The notes beneath the pieces are model-generated. The model was not told the origin of the DNA and ran no database searches. It was given only the letters and a program-made list of their open reading frames with translations. 64,000 bases of DNA. Source: Promethearchaeota archaeon Loki_b31. Its GTDB lineage: Archaea; Asgardarchaeota; Lokiarchaeia; Sigyniarchaeales; SOKP01. Numbering within the stretch: the stretch's first letter is position 1; every line of letters begins with the position of its first letter. The position numbers and the translations under genes are program-made. Below are positions 1-8,879 of the stretch, piece by piece. Location of the stretch: NCBI GenBank assembly GCA_005222975.1, contig NJBI01000006.1:1-64000 (forward strand), written 5' to 3'.

Positions 1-1
1 A

Positions 2-616
2 GTACTTAATAAGATCGTAAAGTTACGCAAAGAACTACCAAGCTGGTTTAGGGAATGGAAAAGTGGTAAAGATGTTTTTATCGATTTAACCGGTTGCAAA
101 AGTGCCGTAAAAAAGCGACTGATCTTGCTCTTAATTTTTCAAATGATAAGCATCTTTACGCCAGAGCTCGATGAGCTCGATTTTAGCAAAAAAATTCTTG
201 GAAATTTGCAGTATGTAATAATGCTAGACGAAATTGGTGATTTTTTAGCAGAAGCAAGCAGTCCAATCTATTCAGATGACGAACATTTGGCAAAGTATTA
301 CGTAAATGAAAAGTGGGAAAATATTTTAGGAGTTTTTAGAAGTCGCGGTGTTTCTCTTCTATCTGCCGATAATAAACCTTCAAGATTATTTGAAAGCGTA
401 TATTCATTACCAAGCATACAAATCGTGTTCCGAACGGCTCATTCCTGTAACCATTTGTTTACGAAAATTATAGAAGAGCAAGAGTTTTTAAAAGGATTAG
501 AACATAGAAGAGCAATAATCATCGATGGTGTTAATGGATATAAATACGAAATTTTTACGCCCGATTTTTATTATCCTGATTTCAATACCAGTAGAGCAAA
601 ATATATAAATACGTGA
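2..616 (+). CDS. C-terminal part of a HerA/VirB4/FtsK-like P-loop ATPase (5' truncated by window edge)
   Basis: The frame of ORF 125..616 is open from position 2 (VLNKIVKLRKELPSWFREWKSGKDVFIDLTG...). It has a VFIDL strand, Walker B YVIMLDE, an arginine-finger-like FRSRGVSLL and a terminal RRAIIIDG, which fit the HerA/VirB4 C-terminal domain. Walker A lies outside the window. Confidence 0.6.
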   Translation, partial: VLNKIVKLRKELPSWFREWKSGKDVFIDLTGCKSAVKKRLILLLIFQMISIFTPELDELDFSKKILGNLQYVIMLDEIGDFLAEASSPIYSDDEHLAKYYVNEKWENILGVFRSRGVSLLSADNKPSRLFESVYSLPSIQIVFRTAHSCNHLFTKIIEEQEFLKGLEHRRAIIIDGVNGYKYEIFTPDFYYPDFNTSRAKYINT

Positions 617-784
617 ACTAAAAGTTTTCAATTTTCAAATTGGAGGAGAGGGTTCTTCAGCGAATACGGCGAGGGTAGTGGAAGAGGAAAAGAAAGCAAG
701 TCAGACACGGGTTCTGAGGGAGAGGCAGATAATAAGGATGATTCGTGTAGAGATACCGAGGAGGATGGCGAGGTTGATAAAGAG

Positions 785-943
785 TACGATTTCGATGGAT
801 CCTTAGATTTAAGCGAAGTAGATAAATACGATTTCGATGGGTCCCTGGATTTAAGCGAAGCAGATAAATACGATTTCGATGGGTCCCTAGATTTAAGCGA
901 AGTAGATAAATACGATTTCAATGGAGATCTTGATTTTAGCGAA
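785..943 (+). repeat. 42-bp tandem repeat, about 3.8 copies, in frame with the downstream giant ORF (encodes YDFDGSLDLSE(V/A)DK)
   Basis: Units start at 785, 827, 869 and 911 (tacgatttcgatggRtccYtRgatttaagcgaagYagataaa). Differences are mostly at third codon positions of frame +2. Confidence 0.9.
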
Positions 944-3900
944 ATGGAGAAAAATGATGAGGAAAATGAATTAGGGCCAACAGAAGAGTCTAATAATTCT
1001 CAAGAAACAGATGAAAGAGGTGATACGAATGATAATAGTGATTCGTCTTCAGATACTTCTGAGCAAGGAAACGAATCTTACGAAAATCTCAGTTCTGAAT
1101 CCTCAAGTACGGTCTTAACAAGCGAAAACAAGGAAGAGATGCAAGAATCCGATCAAGACGAATTAGAAAAAGAAATTGAAAAAGAACTCGAGGAAGGAGT
1201 AGAGGCTATAAACAAATATTTAGAGGAAGAGGCAGAATTTATTAACGCTTATCAGGAAATGGTGGGGAAAGCAAGGGAGTTTGACGAAGAACGAGAGAGC
1301 GAAGGCGAGGAACGTCAGAAGACCGATGAAGAATGGGAAAAAGAAGTCGAAACTGCTGCCTATACCGCTGAACAACTCTACGAGAGTATGGAAGAAATAG
1401 AAACTAACACCATTAATGAAGAAATTTCCGAAATTGAAGAAGAAAATGAAATTGAAAAAGAAGCAGAGCAGAGCGAGGAAATCTCAGAACCTCAGTTGAG
1501 TGATACAAAAGAAGAAAATTCTAAACTATATGAAGATTTAGACGAAGAAAGAGATGAGTTCGAACAACATCAAGTCGAATCCGCAATTCAAAAGGAGCTC
1601 GAGACCGAACCCGAATCTATAATTAACGAAAAAGAAATAGAACAACTTCAAGAGCTGGACGTTGAGGAACAGTTTGAAACCGTTCATTTTAACGAATACA
1701 TGGACGAGTTAGTAGAAAAGCAAGAAGAAGATAAGAATATTGAAAACGATAAAATCGAACAAGAAAAAGAAAATATCGAACAAACTCAAGAAGTAATACA
1801 TCAATCGACCTATTTCCAAGAAAAATTAGAAGAACAAGAGGAGGAATTAGAGTGGGATTATGAAGAAAAAGACGAAGTTGAACAACACCAAGTCGAAGCC
1901 GAGATCGAGGAAGAACTCAAAACAGAACCTAAACCTATTATCAACGAAGAAGAGTTGGAATACATCAAAGTTTTGGAACCTGAGAAACAACTCGAAGCCG
2001 AGCTTTTTTACGAATTCATAGAAGAACTAGCAAATAAGCAAAATGAAGAAAAAGAAGAACGCGAGGAGAATGAAGAACAAGAAGAAATCTCCACAGAACA
2101 GAAAGTAGCTCAAATCATGCGAGAACTCGACATACCCCAAGAAATAAACACTGGCGAGACCGAAATAGAAACCGATAGTCAAGAAGGAGGACTAGAGCAG
2201 GAACCTACTTTTCCTGGTGAGGAAGTGGTAGAGCAATTAGAAATAGAGGAAAACAAGGATCACCAACAAGAATTAGAAGAAATCCTCGAACAAGTAAGAA
2301 AAATCGAACAAGAAGCTCTCAACGAAATCGAACAGAAAGAAGAAGATTTGGATAAAACCATAGAAAAAAACTATGAGAGAGTTAAAAGGCTCTATAAACA
2401 ACAGACCGGGAAAAGACCAATTTATGCGAATAAGGAAACAAAAGGATTTAAACAGTGGTTAGAACAGAAAAAAAAATCGGAAGAAAAAGAGAAAACGAAA
2501 CAGAAGAAAGAACTAAAAGAAGAACAGAAAAAAGAAGAAGATTGGAAAACAACCTTTAAAGAATGGATAGAAGAAGCTTCTGAAGAAGAATGCAATGCTG
2601 AACTCAAATCTGAGTTAAAAAAGGCCCTTGAGAGTTATAACGAGTTCGAGGGTTTGACTCGAAAGTTTATGGAATTATATGAAAAGTCTCAAAACGAAAA
2701 ACTTTCTGAAAAAGAAAAGAATATATTAAAATCCTTAACAAAAAGGCTACAGGAACTAGATCCGATCCAACTCGAATTATTATTAAGTGTTTTTTTTATT
2801 AAAAACTATATCACCGAGCAATATTGGTACGATTTTTGGAATACACCTCTTGTTAATCGAGTGCTTAGCAAATTTTATAAGCACATCTCGCAAAAATATA
2901 AAAGCTTAAAGCAAGCTCAGAAAAAGAGAGAAAATTGCGAGGAGATACTTAAAAATTGGATAGAGCAAACATCCGAAGAGGAAATTAGCCTCGAACTTAA
3001 AGAGAAGTTAAAAGAAATTGTTGAAAACTATAACGAGCTAGAAAAATTGGCAATAAGGTTCATGGAATTATATAAAAAAGATCAACTCGGACAAATCTCT
3101 CAATCTGAAAAATCAGAATTAAAATCCTTAGTTAAAACGCTCGAGTCCCTGGATCCTGTTAAAATAGTACTATTGACAATTATACGAACCATTAAGCGTT
3201 ATTTGAATGATCAGAATTTTGACGATTTCTCGGACAAAAGGCATATCAATCGAATCCTTAACCGCTTTTTTACTCATATACTATTTAAATGTGAATCAAG
3301 TAAATCCGATACTTATAGTACTAAAGATTTAATTAAAGATTTAAGAAACGAAATACAAATACTTTCCGAAGAATTAGCTCAGATGTTTCCAAATAGATTA
3401 TTATCTAAAAGGGGTAATGCGTTTGGACATACCTTTCTTTCTCGATTTTGGGGTCATAATCAGGATTATGTCTCATTGTACTTGCTTAAGAAGGTTACAT
3501 TGGACTTAGATTATGTTATTAAAGAGAAAGCATTGCTGCAATTACAAGAGAAATTTGAAGAAAGATTGGGTGCAAAAGCGTTGGGATGTATTCGGATTCT
3601 TAAAAGGTATCGAGATCATGAAATAAACACACTCCAATTTATTGACTTATTAGAAAAAGAATTAGGAAGAGTTTCGGGTGAAATTAAAGTAAATAACGAA
3701 GAACTTGGTTTGATTCTTGCTGGTACACATGGGTTTATTAAAGATATTTTTGGTCGTATGAGACAACCCATCCATCAAAGATATAATCCCAATTACAAAT
3801 TTTCAACGGAGAGATTAAGCGAATTTAGAGATTTTCTTTTTGAAATATTTGGATACCGAGCCAAGAAATGTTTTGAAAATCTTAAAAGATATGAACTTCT

Positions 3901-4678
3901 AAACCCCGATTTAAAAGAATATTCAAAACAGATGCACACAATTGGAAACCCTCATTACTTCCAAAATATTGAAAAAAATTCAGAGGCATCCTATTGGTTT
4001 GGTTTCTTGCGCGCTGACGGCTCTCGAGCCGGAGATCCTTACAAAATATATTTTGAACTCTCAGTAAAAGATAAAGATCGCTTAGAAGAATTTGCTGATG
4101 CGGTTGGTTTTCCATCAGAACGAATAAAGTTTCGTACAAGATACAAATGGTATAAAGGGGTGTTAAAAGAATACAAATCTGCTCGTATTAAATTCCATTC
4201 TAAACTAATGGCGAAAGACATCGACGATTTAGGTTTTCAGAGCTCTAAAGCCGAACAAAAATTTGTACCAGATTACGTAATACAAGCTCTCAAGGAAGCA
4301 AAAAGGATATCAAAGCAAACAAACTTAGATTGGTGGCTAACCTTACCTGGACAAGTCGCTTTAGCGTTTCTACTTGGTTTTTACGACGGTGATGGATCTT
4401 ACGGTGGAGGTAGATCAGCAAGAATTTACGCGAGCAGTAAACAGTTTTTAACACATATTAAAGAATTATTTGAGATAAAGAACAAAATAATAACGGCGAT
4501 AGCTCCCGGAGAAGATGCTTGGGCTTTCGACCAAAGATATGTGTCTAAAGGTATGTATTCACTTGCTTTGGGCCCCAAATTGTTCGATATGATGATGAAT
4601 TCCTACGAACATAGTATGAAAAGGAAGCGTCTGCAAAATCTCGTAGAACCACTAAATTTCTTGGGTGATCAGACTTAA
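944..4678 (+). CDS. Giant acidic repeat protein with C-terminal double-motif LAGLIDADG endonuclease domain; true start probably upstream (frame open from 617)
   Basis: About 500 aa of E/D-rich low-complexity sequence, internal duplications, then NPHYFQNI...YWFGFLRADGS (about 3992-4024) and LAFLLGFYDGDGS (about 4361-4399). No Hint/intein termini. Confidence 0.8.
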   Translation: MEKNDEENELGPTEESNNSQETDERGDTNDNSDSSSDTSEQGNESYENLSSESSSTVLTSENKEEMQESDQDELEKEIEKELEEGVEAINKYLEEEAEFINAYQEMVGKAREFDEERESEGEERQKTDEEWEKEVETAAYTAEQLYESMEEIETNTINEEISEIEEENEIEKEAEQSEEISEPQLSDTKEENSKLYEDLDEERDEFEQHQVESAIQKELETEPESIINEKEIEQLQELDVEEQFETVHFNEYMDELVEKQEEDKNIENDKIEQEKENIEQTQEVIHQSTYFQEKLEEQEEELEWDYEEKDEVEQHQVEAEIEEELKTEPKPIINEEELEYIKVLEPEKQLEAELFYEFIEELANKQNEEKEEREENEEQEEISTEQKVAQIMRELDIPQEINTGETEIETDSQEGGLEQEPTFPGEEVVEQLEIEENKDHQQELEEILEQVRKIEQEALNEIEQKEEDLDKTIEKNYERVKRLYKQQTGKRPIYANKETKGFKQWLEQKKKSEEKEKTKQKKELKEEQKKEEDWKTTFKEWIEEASEEECNAELKSELKKALESYNEFEGLTRKFMELYEKSQNEKLSEKEKNILKSLTKRLQELDPIQLELLLSVFFIKNYITEQYWYDFWNTPLVNRVLSKFYKHISQKYKSLKQAQKKRENCEEILKNWIEQTSEEEISLELKEKLKEIVENYNELEKLAIRFMELYKKDQLGQISQSEKSELKSLVKTLESLDPVKIVLLTIIRTIKRYLNDQNFDDFSDKRHINRILNRFFTHILFKCESSKSDTYSTKDLIKDLRNEIQILSEELAQMFPNRLLSKRGNAFGHTFLSRFWGHNQDYVSLYLLKKVTLDLDYVIKEKALLQLQEKFEERLGAKALGCIRILKRYRDHEINTLQFIDLLEKELGRVSGEIKVNNEELGLILAGTHGFIKDIFGRMRQPIHQRYNPNYKFSTERLSEFRDFLFEIFGYRAKKCFENLKRYELLNPDLKEYSKQMHTIGNPHYFQNIEKNSEASYWFGFLRADGSRAGDPYKIYFELSVKDKDRLEEFADAVGFPSERIKFRTRYKWYKGVLKEYKSARIKFHSKLMAKDIDDLGFQSSKAEQKFVPDYVIQALKEAKRISKQTNLDWWLTLPGQVALAFLLGFYDGDGSYGGGRSARIYASSKQFLTHIKELFEIKNKIITAIAPGEDAWAFDQRYVSKGMYSLALGPKLFDMMMNSYEHSMKRKRLQNLVEPLNFLGDQT

Positions 4679-4822
4679 ATACGATTAGTTTTCTATTTAC
4701 ATTATTAAACTACTTTTTTTTAAAAAGTGGTCAATTCTTATTAAAGGTGGATAATAATAGCAACTGTAATTGTTAAAGAACATAGTTTTAAAGGCCATTT
4801 TTACAGCGCACGAGAGGTCAAA

Positions 4823-5488
4823 GTGGATCAGGGCAGAAGGTTGTTGGACTTGGGTGGCATCTGCCAAGGGGGCATTAAGTACGCCCAAGGGCTCGAAAAA
4901 TTTACCGATCTTCTTAGGTTAGGGCTCAACGGAAATAGCCTAACTAAGATCGAAGGGTTGGACACTCTTACGAGCTTGGAAGATTTGTTCTTCGATGGCA
5001 ACGATATCATCGAAATTGAAGGGCTCGACAAGCTCGGTAATTTGATACGACTAGATCTCGGCTCAAATAAAATTACGGAAATAAAAAACCTCGATAAGCT
5101 CGTTAAATTACGCGATTTGAGGTTGGCTGGCAATAAAATCACCGAGGTCAAAGGGCTCGGTAAGCTCGTTAGTTTAATTGATCTAGATCTTAGCAGAAAC
5201 GAGATCAGCATGATTAAAGGGCTCGAGGAGCTCGGCAATTTGAGTGTATTGAATCTTGGTCGTAATCAGATTTCTGATGTAAAACCCCTTGGTAAATTAA
5301 TGAGTCTGGAAACCATAAACCTTATTGGAAATCCAATAACCGATATTGAACCTCTTAAAAAATTACCCAATTTAAAAAAACTCTACGTTAATTATACAAG
5401 AATCCCACAACGCTCGCTTCGCGAGTTTGAGGAGTCCCGCAAACGAGCTTGGGAGCAAGGAAAAGGGCCATACTTTACTATTTTATAA
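4823..5488 (+). CDS. Leucine-rich repeat protein (SDS22/internalin-like 22-aa repeats); may start at ATA 4757
   Basis: Repeated LxxLxLxxNxIxxIxGL units. The frame is open upstream to 4745, with AGGTGG followed by ATA ATA ATA GCA. Confidence 0.9.
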   Translation: MDQGRRLLDLGGICQGGIKYAQGLEKFTDLLRLGLNGNSLTKIEGLDTLTSLEDLFFDGNDIIEIEGLDKLGNLIRLDLGSNKITEIKNLDKLVKLRDLRLAGNKITEVKGLGKLVSLIDLDLSRNEISMIKGLEELGNLSVLNLGRNQISDVKPLGKLMSLETINLIGNPITDIEPLKKLPNLKKLYVNYTRIPQRSLREFEESRKRAWEQGKGPYFTIL

Positions 5489-5749
5489 TCAGTCTTTTTC
5501 AGTCATTTGGGTACAGAAATGAAACTAATTTCTCTTAAAATCGCGAATATCTTCCATCGATAAACTGGTTCGATTGCGACCGTGCCGTATACTTTTGGGA
5601 ATATCTTTTTCTGCTTCGGATAAAATTTTTATTAATTTTAATTCCATGAAGCGAAATTTAAAATAACCTTTCATAATATGTGAATATTATTTTCATTTTT
5701 GAAGTATGATTTATCTTTTCTAATTATCATAAATCATGGTTAGAAAGGG

Positions 5750-6223
5750 TTGACAACTAAGCAAAAAATTTGCATTATTGGCGAGCAATCGGTCGGTAAA
5801 AGCAGTCTGCTATCCTTATTGCAGGGAAGGGAAGTCCAAGAGGAAAGAGTTCCTACGGTGGGATTAGAAGTAGAAGACTCCATTTTGAGCGGTAAAAAAT
5901 GCTCAATATGGGATTTAGGCGGGCAGAAAAGGTTTAAGTTCATGTGGCAGGATTTCTTGAAAGGTGCTGGTTTAGCAGTTATAGTATGCGATTCAACCGA
6001 GAAAAATGTAAAACAAACTAAGGAGATTTATAATAGGTTTGAACGTACTTTAGGGACCAAAATTATTGCCATCGCGAATAAACAAGACTTACCTGGTAGG
6101 TTAAGTGCTCAAGAAGTTCAGAAGAGGTTAGGAGGGCTAAAGACGTATGGAATGTCTGCTATTCGACCTGAATTGCGCGAAAGGATGAAAGAAATTTTAG
6201 AATACGAGATAGCTACTTATTAA
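5750..6223 (+). CDS. Small GTPase, Arf-like (Ras superfamily)
   Basis: G1 GEQSVGKS, G2 PTVG, G3 WDLGGQ, G4 NKQD, G5 MSA; TTG start. Confidence 0.9.
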   Translation: MTTKQKICIIGEQSVGKSSLLSLLQGREVQEERVPTVGLEVEDSILSGKKCSIWDLGGQKRFKFMWQDFLKGAGLAVIVCDSTEKNVKQTKEIYNRFERTLGTKIIAIANKQDLPGRLSAQEVQKRLGGLKTYGMSAIRPELRERMKEILEYEIATY

Positions 6224-6243
6224 AATATATTCTACAGAAAGCT

Positions 6244-6804
6244 TTATAAGGCATTTCCTATTATGTGGGCTAATCGAACTGGCTCAGGTATTTTTGAATC
6301 GACGCATATTTTTTTAAGCAAGGATTCTACCTCAGAAAATTGAATCCCTTTAGAATGAAAATAAATTTTGGAGATTCCACCTGCCGTTTCAACAAAAGTT
6401 TCAAATAAATTACCGGCATTAACTATGTTTTGAAGTTTTTCTTTATAGCGGATAGGAAAATTCTTAACAATTGCTTTTTTGACAGCCTTAAGATCGACTT
6501 TTTTTTCGGTTATAGCTACGATTGGTTTGTTTATTCGCCTGTAAATTTCCTCTAAATCAATAATGTTAAATCCGCCAAAAGTAATTGTGTCAGTTAAAAT
6601 GTATTGAATATGTTTTTCGTTTCGTTTAGCGAGTTCGATCAAAACTTCTGTAGCGTCGCTTCCATCAATTGTTATTTCTTTTTTAACCATTCTTACCATT
6701 CTAACACCTTGACAGACGATCCCTATTAAATCTGTAGTTTTAGAACGTGATTTGAGTTTAAATCTTGCATCGTCAAATCCAATTGTTATTGGAAAATCCT
6801 TCAT
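6244..6804 (-). CDS. DUF99/UPF0215 family endonuclease V-like protein
   Basis: IGFDD, ITIDGSDAT, ITFGGFNIID and PEPVRLAH motifs. Confidence 0.85.
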   Translation of the reverse strand: MKDFPITIGFDDARFKLKSRSKTTDLIGIVCQGVRMVRMVKKEITIDGSDATEVLIELAKRNEKHIQYILTDTITFGGFNIIDLEEIYRRINKPIVAITEKKVDLKAVKKAIVKNFPIRYKEKLQNIVNAGNLFETFVETAGGISKIYFHSKGIQFSEVESLLKKICVDSKIPEPVRLAHIIGNAL

Positions 6805-6806
6805 GC

Positions 6807-7259
6807 TTAATTCTCAGGTAAGAATTCTTTAATGTGATTTAAGAGCTTTGTGAACGCAATCTTGGCGCTTTCTATTTCGATATGCCTTATGTATAAATCT
6901 CCTGTAAGAGAATCTGCAAGGAAACTTATAATTTCCTTTATCGCCATTTTTTCACTAAACCAGATGTAAGCAATAATAGCTTCAACGGTGTCTGCGAGAT
7001 CGTGAGCGTTTGCTCTGTTTTTCGAATATTTTTTCATATTTGCGTTTTTTAAAGCTTCTGCCAATATTATTTTGCTTACCTTCTTACCCGTTCGAATAAT
7101 TTCATTATTTTTATTATTACGAGTTAAATACATAGATTTAGCAACCGAGTAAGTAAGATTAACAATACCATCTCCGATTTTAGCTAACCCTTTATCAGTT
7201 CCTATTGATTTTTGGGTTAGGTTAAGGTTTAAATCTTTTAATAAAAAATTATATGCCAT
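6807..7259 (-). CDS. Archaeal ribonuclease III-like protein
   Basis: DKGLAKIGDGIVNL and ADTVEAIIAY motifs; conserved neighbourhood with rpoL and DUF99. Confidence 0.75.
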   Translation of the reverse strand: MAYNFLLKDLNLNLTQKSIGTDKGLAKIGDGIVNLTYSVAKSMYLTRNNKNNEIIRTGKKVSKIILAEALKNANMKKYSKNRANAHDLADTVEAIIAYIWFSEKMAIKEIISFLADSLTGDLYIRHIEIESAKIAFTKLLNHIKEFLPEN

Positions 7260-7318
7260 TAAGAATAGATGATCAGTAATTTCTTATAAACTTTTCATAA
7301 AACTGAAAAAAAGATTCA

Positions 7319-7831
7319 CTACATAAGTTTTTTAAATACTTTCTGGGTTTCTGCAACTTCATTTCTCAAAGCATCTATTCCGTTGAGAAAGATTTTTTTT
7401 AATTTGTATCCGTCTTCGAGTCTAATAAAAATTTGAGGAGGGGATATGGCTATTTCCGTAATTTTATAAGCCGCAGCTATAACCCCTTCGATCGTTAACA
7501 AATGTTTTACAAGGATATTACAAAAACCATGCGATTGGCCTTCAAGGGTTAATGTATAATCGTTGTCACCTGGACCACTTATAAGATTTAATTTTAATAT
7601 TGTGTATTCTGGTAGTTCTGGAGCTTGTTCTACTTCTTCTGCCAATTCTTCTTCCGATTCGCCTTTTTCAGTCTGCTCAGGTGTTTCTGCAAGAGGTATC
7701 TCGTCCTTTTTCACAGATTCATCTGATACATCGGGATAATGGCTATCTATATCTTCCTTGTCAAATATATCTTCTTCAATGTCTTCAAGCTTGCTATCTT
7801 CTTCCTTTGGTCCAACTTTTTTTTTTGCCAA
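7319..7831 (-). CDS. rpoL: RNA polymerase subunit L (Rpo11) with acidic N-terminal extension
   Basis: C-terminal LEGQSHGFCNILVKHL...VIAAAYK...P resembles the RpoL/RPB11 signature; lies downstream of csl4. Confidence 0.8.
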   Translation of the reverse strand: MAKKKVGPKEEDSKLEDIEEDIFDKEDIDSHYPDVSDESVKKDEIPLAETPEQTEKGESEEELAEEVEQAPELPEYTILKLNLISGPGDNDYTLTLEGQSHGFCNILVKHLLTIEGVIAAAYKITEIAISPPQIFIRLEDGYKLKKIFLNGIDALRNEVAETQKVFKKLM

Positions 7832-7922
7832 TATATTCTACCAAAATCTGTGAATCTAATTTCTCTAATTTAGAATTAAATAAATGTTTTTTGGTTTTAA
7901 AACACTAATAAGATAAGAAATT

Positions 7923-8144
7923 TTATAAATATCGATTAGCTAACTCTTTTAATCTTTCAGTTGCTAAATATTGGAGATCTTTAGGGCCAAACAATGAGAT
8001 TTTTATTGAATTTCCTTCAACTGTACAGTTTAGGGTAAGATAGTTTATTTTTTTTTGAATTTCTTCAAGAAATTTAATAGTGTTATTTAACTCCCCATTT
8101 GAATTATAGAAGTGTATTACTTTTCTTCCACCGCGGCTACCCAA
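7923..8144 (-). CDS. Small conserved hypothetical protein (DUF2067-like position between csl4 and rpoL)
   Basis: 73-aa ORF with TTG start in the csl4-rpoL operon; family assignment by synteny only. Confidence 0.55.
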   Translation of the reverse strand: MGSRGGRKVIHFYNSNGELNNTIKFLEEIQKKINYLTLNCTVEGNSIKISLFGPKDLQYLATERLKELANRYL

Positions 8145-8173
8145 GAATAAAACCTTTAAAAATTAGTTCTTTT

Positions 8174-8770
8174 TTAATATCTTAAGTTTTCAGTTACATT
8201 TCCGTAATCGTCTGCTAATTTTCTGCTTTCAAGATTTCCACATCTGGGACATCTTAATCTATCTAACCCTATCTTCTTAAGAGTTGTTCCACATATTAAA
8301 CAATCAGCATGAATAACTCCAAAATTTCTTCCAGAGGTGCTTAATTTATATTCGTTATAATTCTGCTCAATTACTTTTGCTCGAATAATATCGGTAGTTT
8401 GAAAAGCATCTGAGATCCTCTCGATGTATTTTTTAGATATCTGGGAAACGTGAATATTTCCAAAATAAGAGCTATTAAAATGAATTTTTCCATTGATTGT
8501 ATGAAAATTAAGACCCACAGAATACTGTCTTAAAAACAGTGCCGTCCCGATTACCCGATCGCCAATCTTTACTGTTTTTCGCTTTTCTTCTTGATGATCC
8601 CTTACTTCTATTAATCTTTTGTTTGTATCAATATTGATTACTCCAGTTTTAGATGCAATAATTTGACCATCTTTTACATAAGTAGACTGTTTATCGGGTA
8701 GAAACTCTTCTACAACACCTAAATATTGACCCGTAAGAACAATTTCTTTATTTTTCGCTGATTCTTTCAT
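8174..8770 (-). CDS. csl4: Exosome complex RNA-binding protein Csl4
   Basis: GQYLGVVEEF N-terminus, S1 domain IHVSQIS...DIIRAKV, Zn ribbon CLICG...CPRCG..ESRKLA. Confidence 0.93.
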   Translation of the reverse strand: MKESAKNKEIVLTGQYLGVVEEFLPDKQSTYVKDGQIIASKTGVINIDTNKRLIEVRDHQEEKRKTVKIGDRVIGTALFLRQYSVGLNFHTINGKIHFNSSYFGNIHVSQISKKYIERISDAFQTTDIIRAKVIEQNYNEYKLSTSGRNFGVIHADCLICGTTLKKIGLDRLRCPRCGNLESRKLADDYGNVTENLRY

Positions 8771-8879
8771 AATTTTAACTAAAATCTTTTAATTTCCCTA
8801 TTAAATTATAATTAATTAAAACAATTAAGTTTTTTCATAAATTTTCATTAATAAAATTATAGCGTGGATTTTTTAGGCG

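Noticed and set aside
628-921. Minus-strand 97-aa Ser-rich ORF
   Set aside because: Antisense shadow of the plus-strand repeat frame.
785-943. 42-bp repeats as a CRISPR array
   Set aside because: Units are contiguous with no unique spacers, are a multiple of 3 and vary like coding sequence; no cas genes nearby.
3940-4678. LAGLIDADG domain as part of an intein or intron
   Set aside because: No N-terminal Cys/Ser Hint block, no terminal HN plus C/S/T, and no interrupted host gene.
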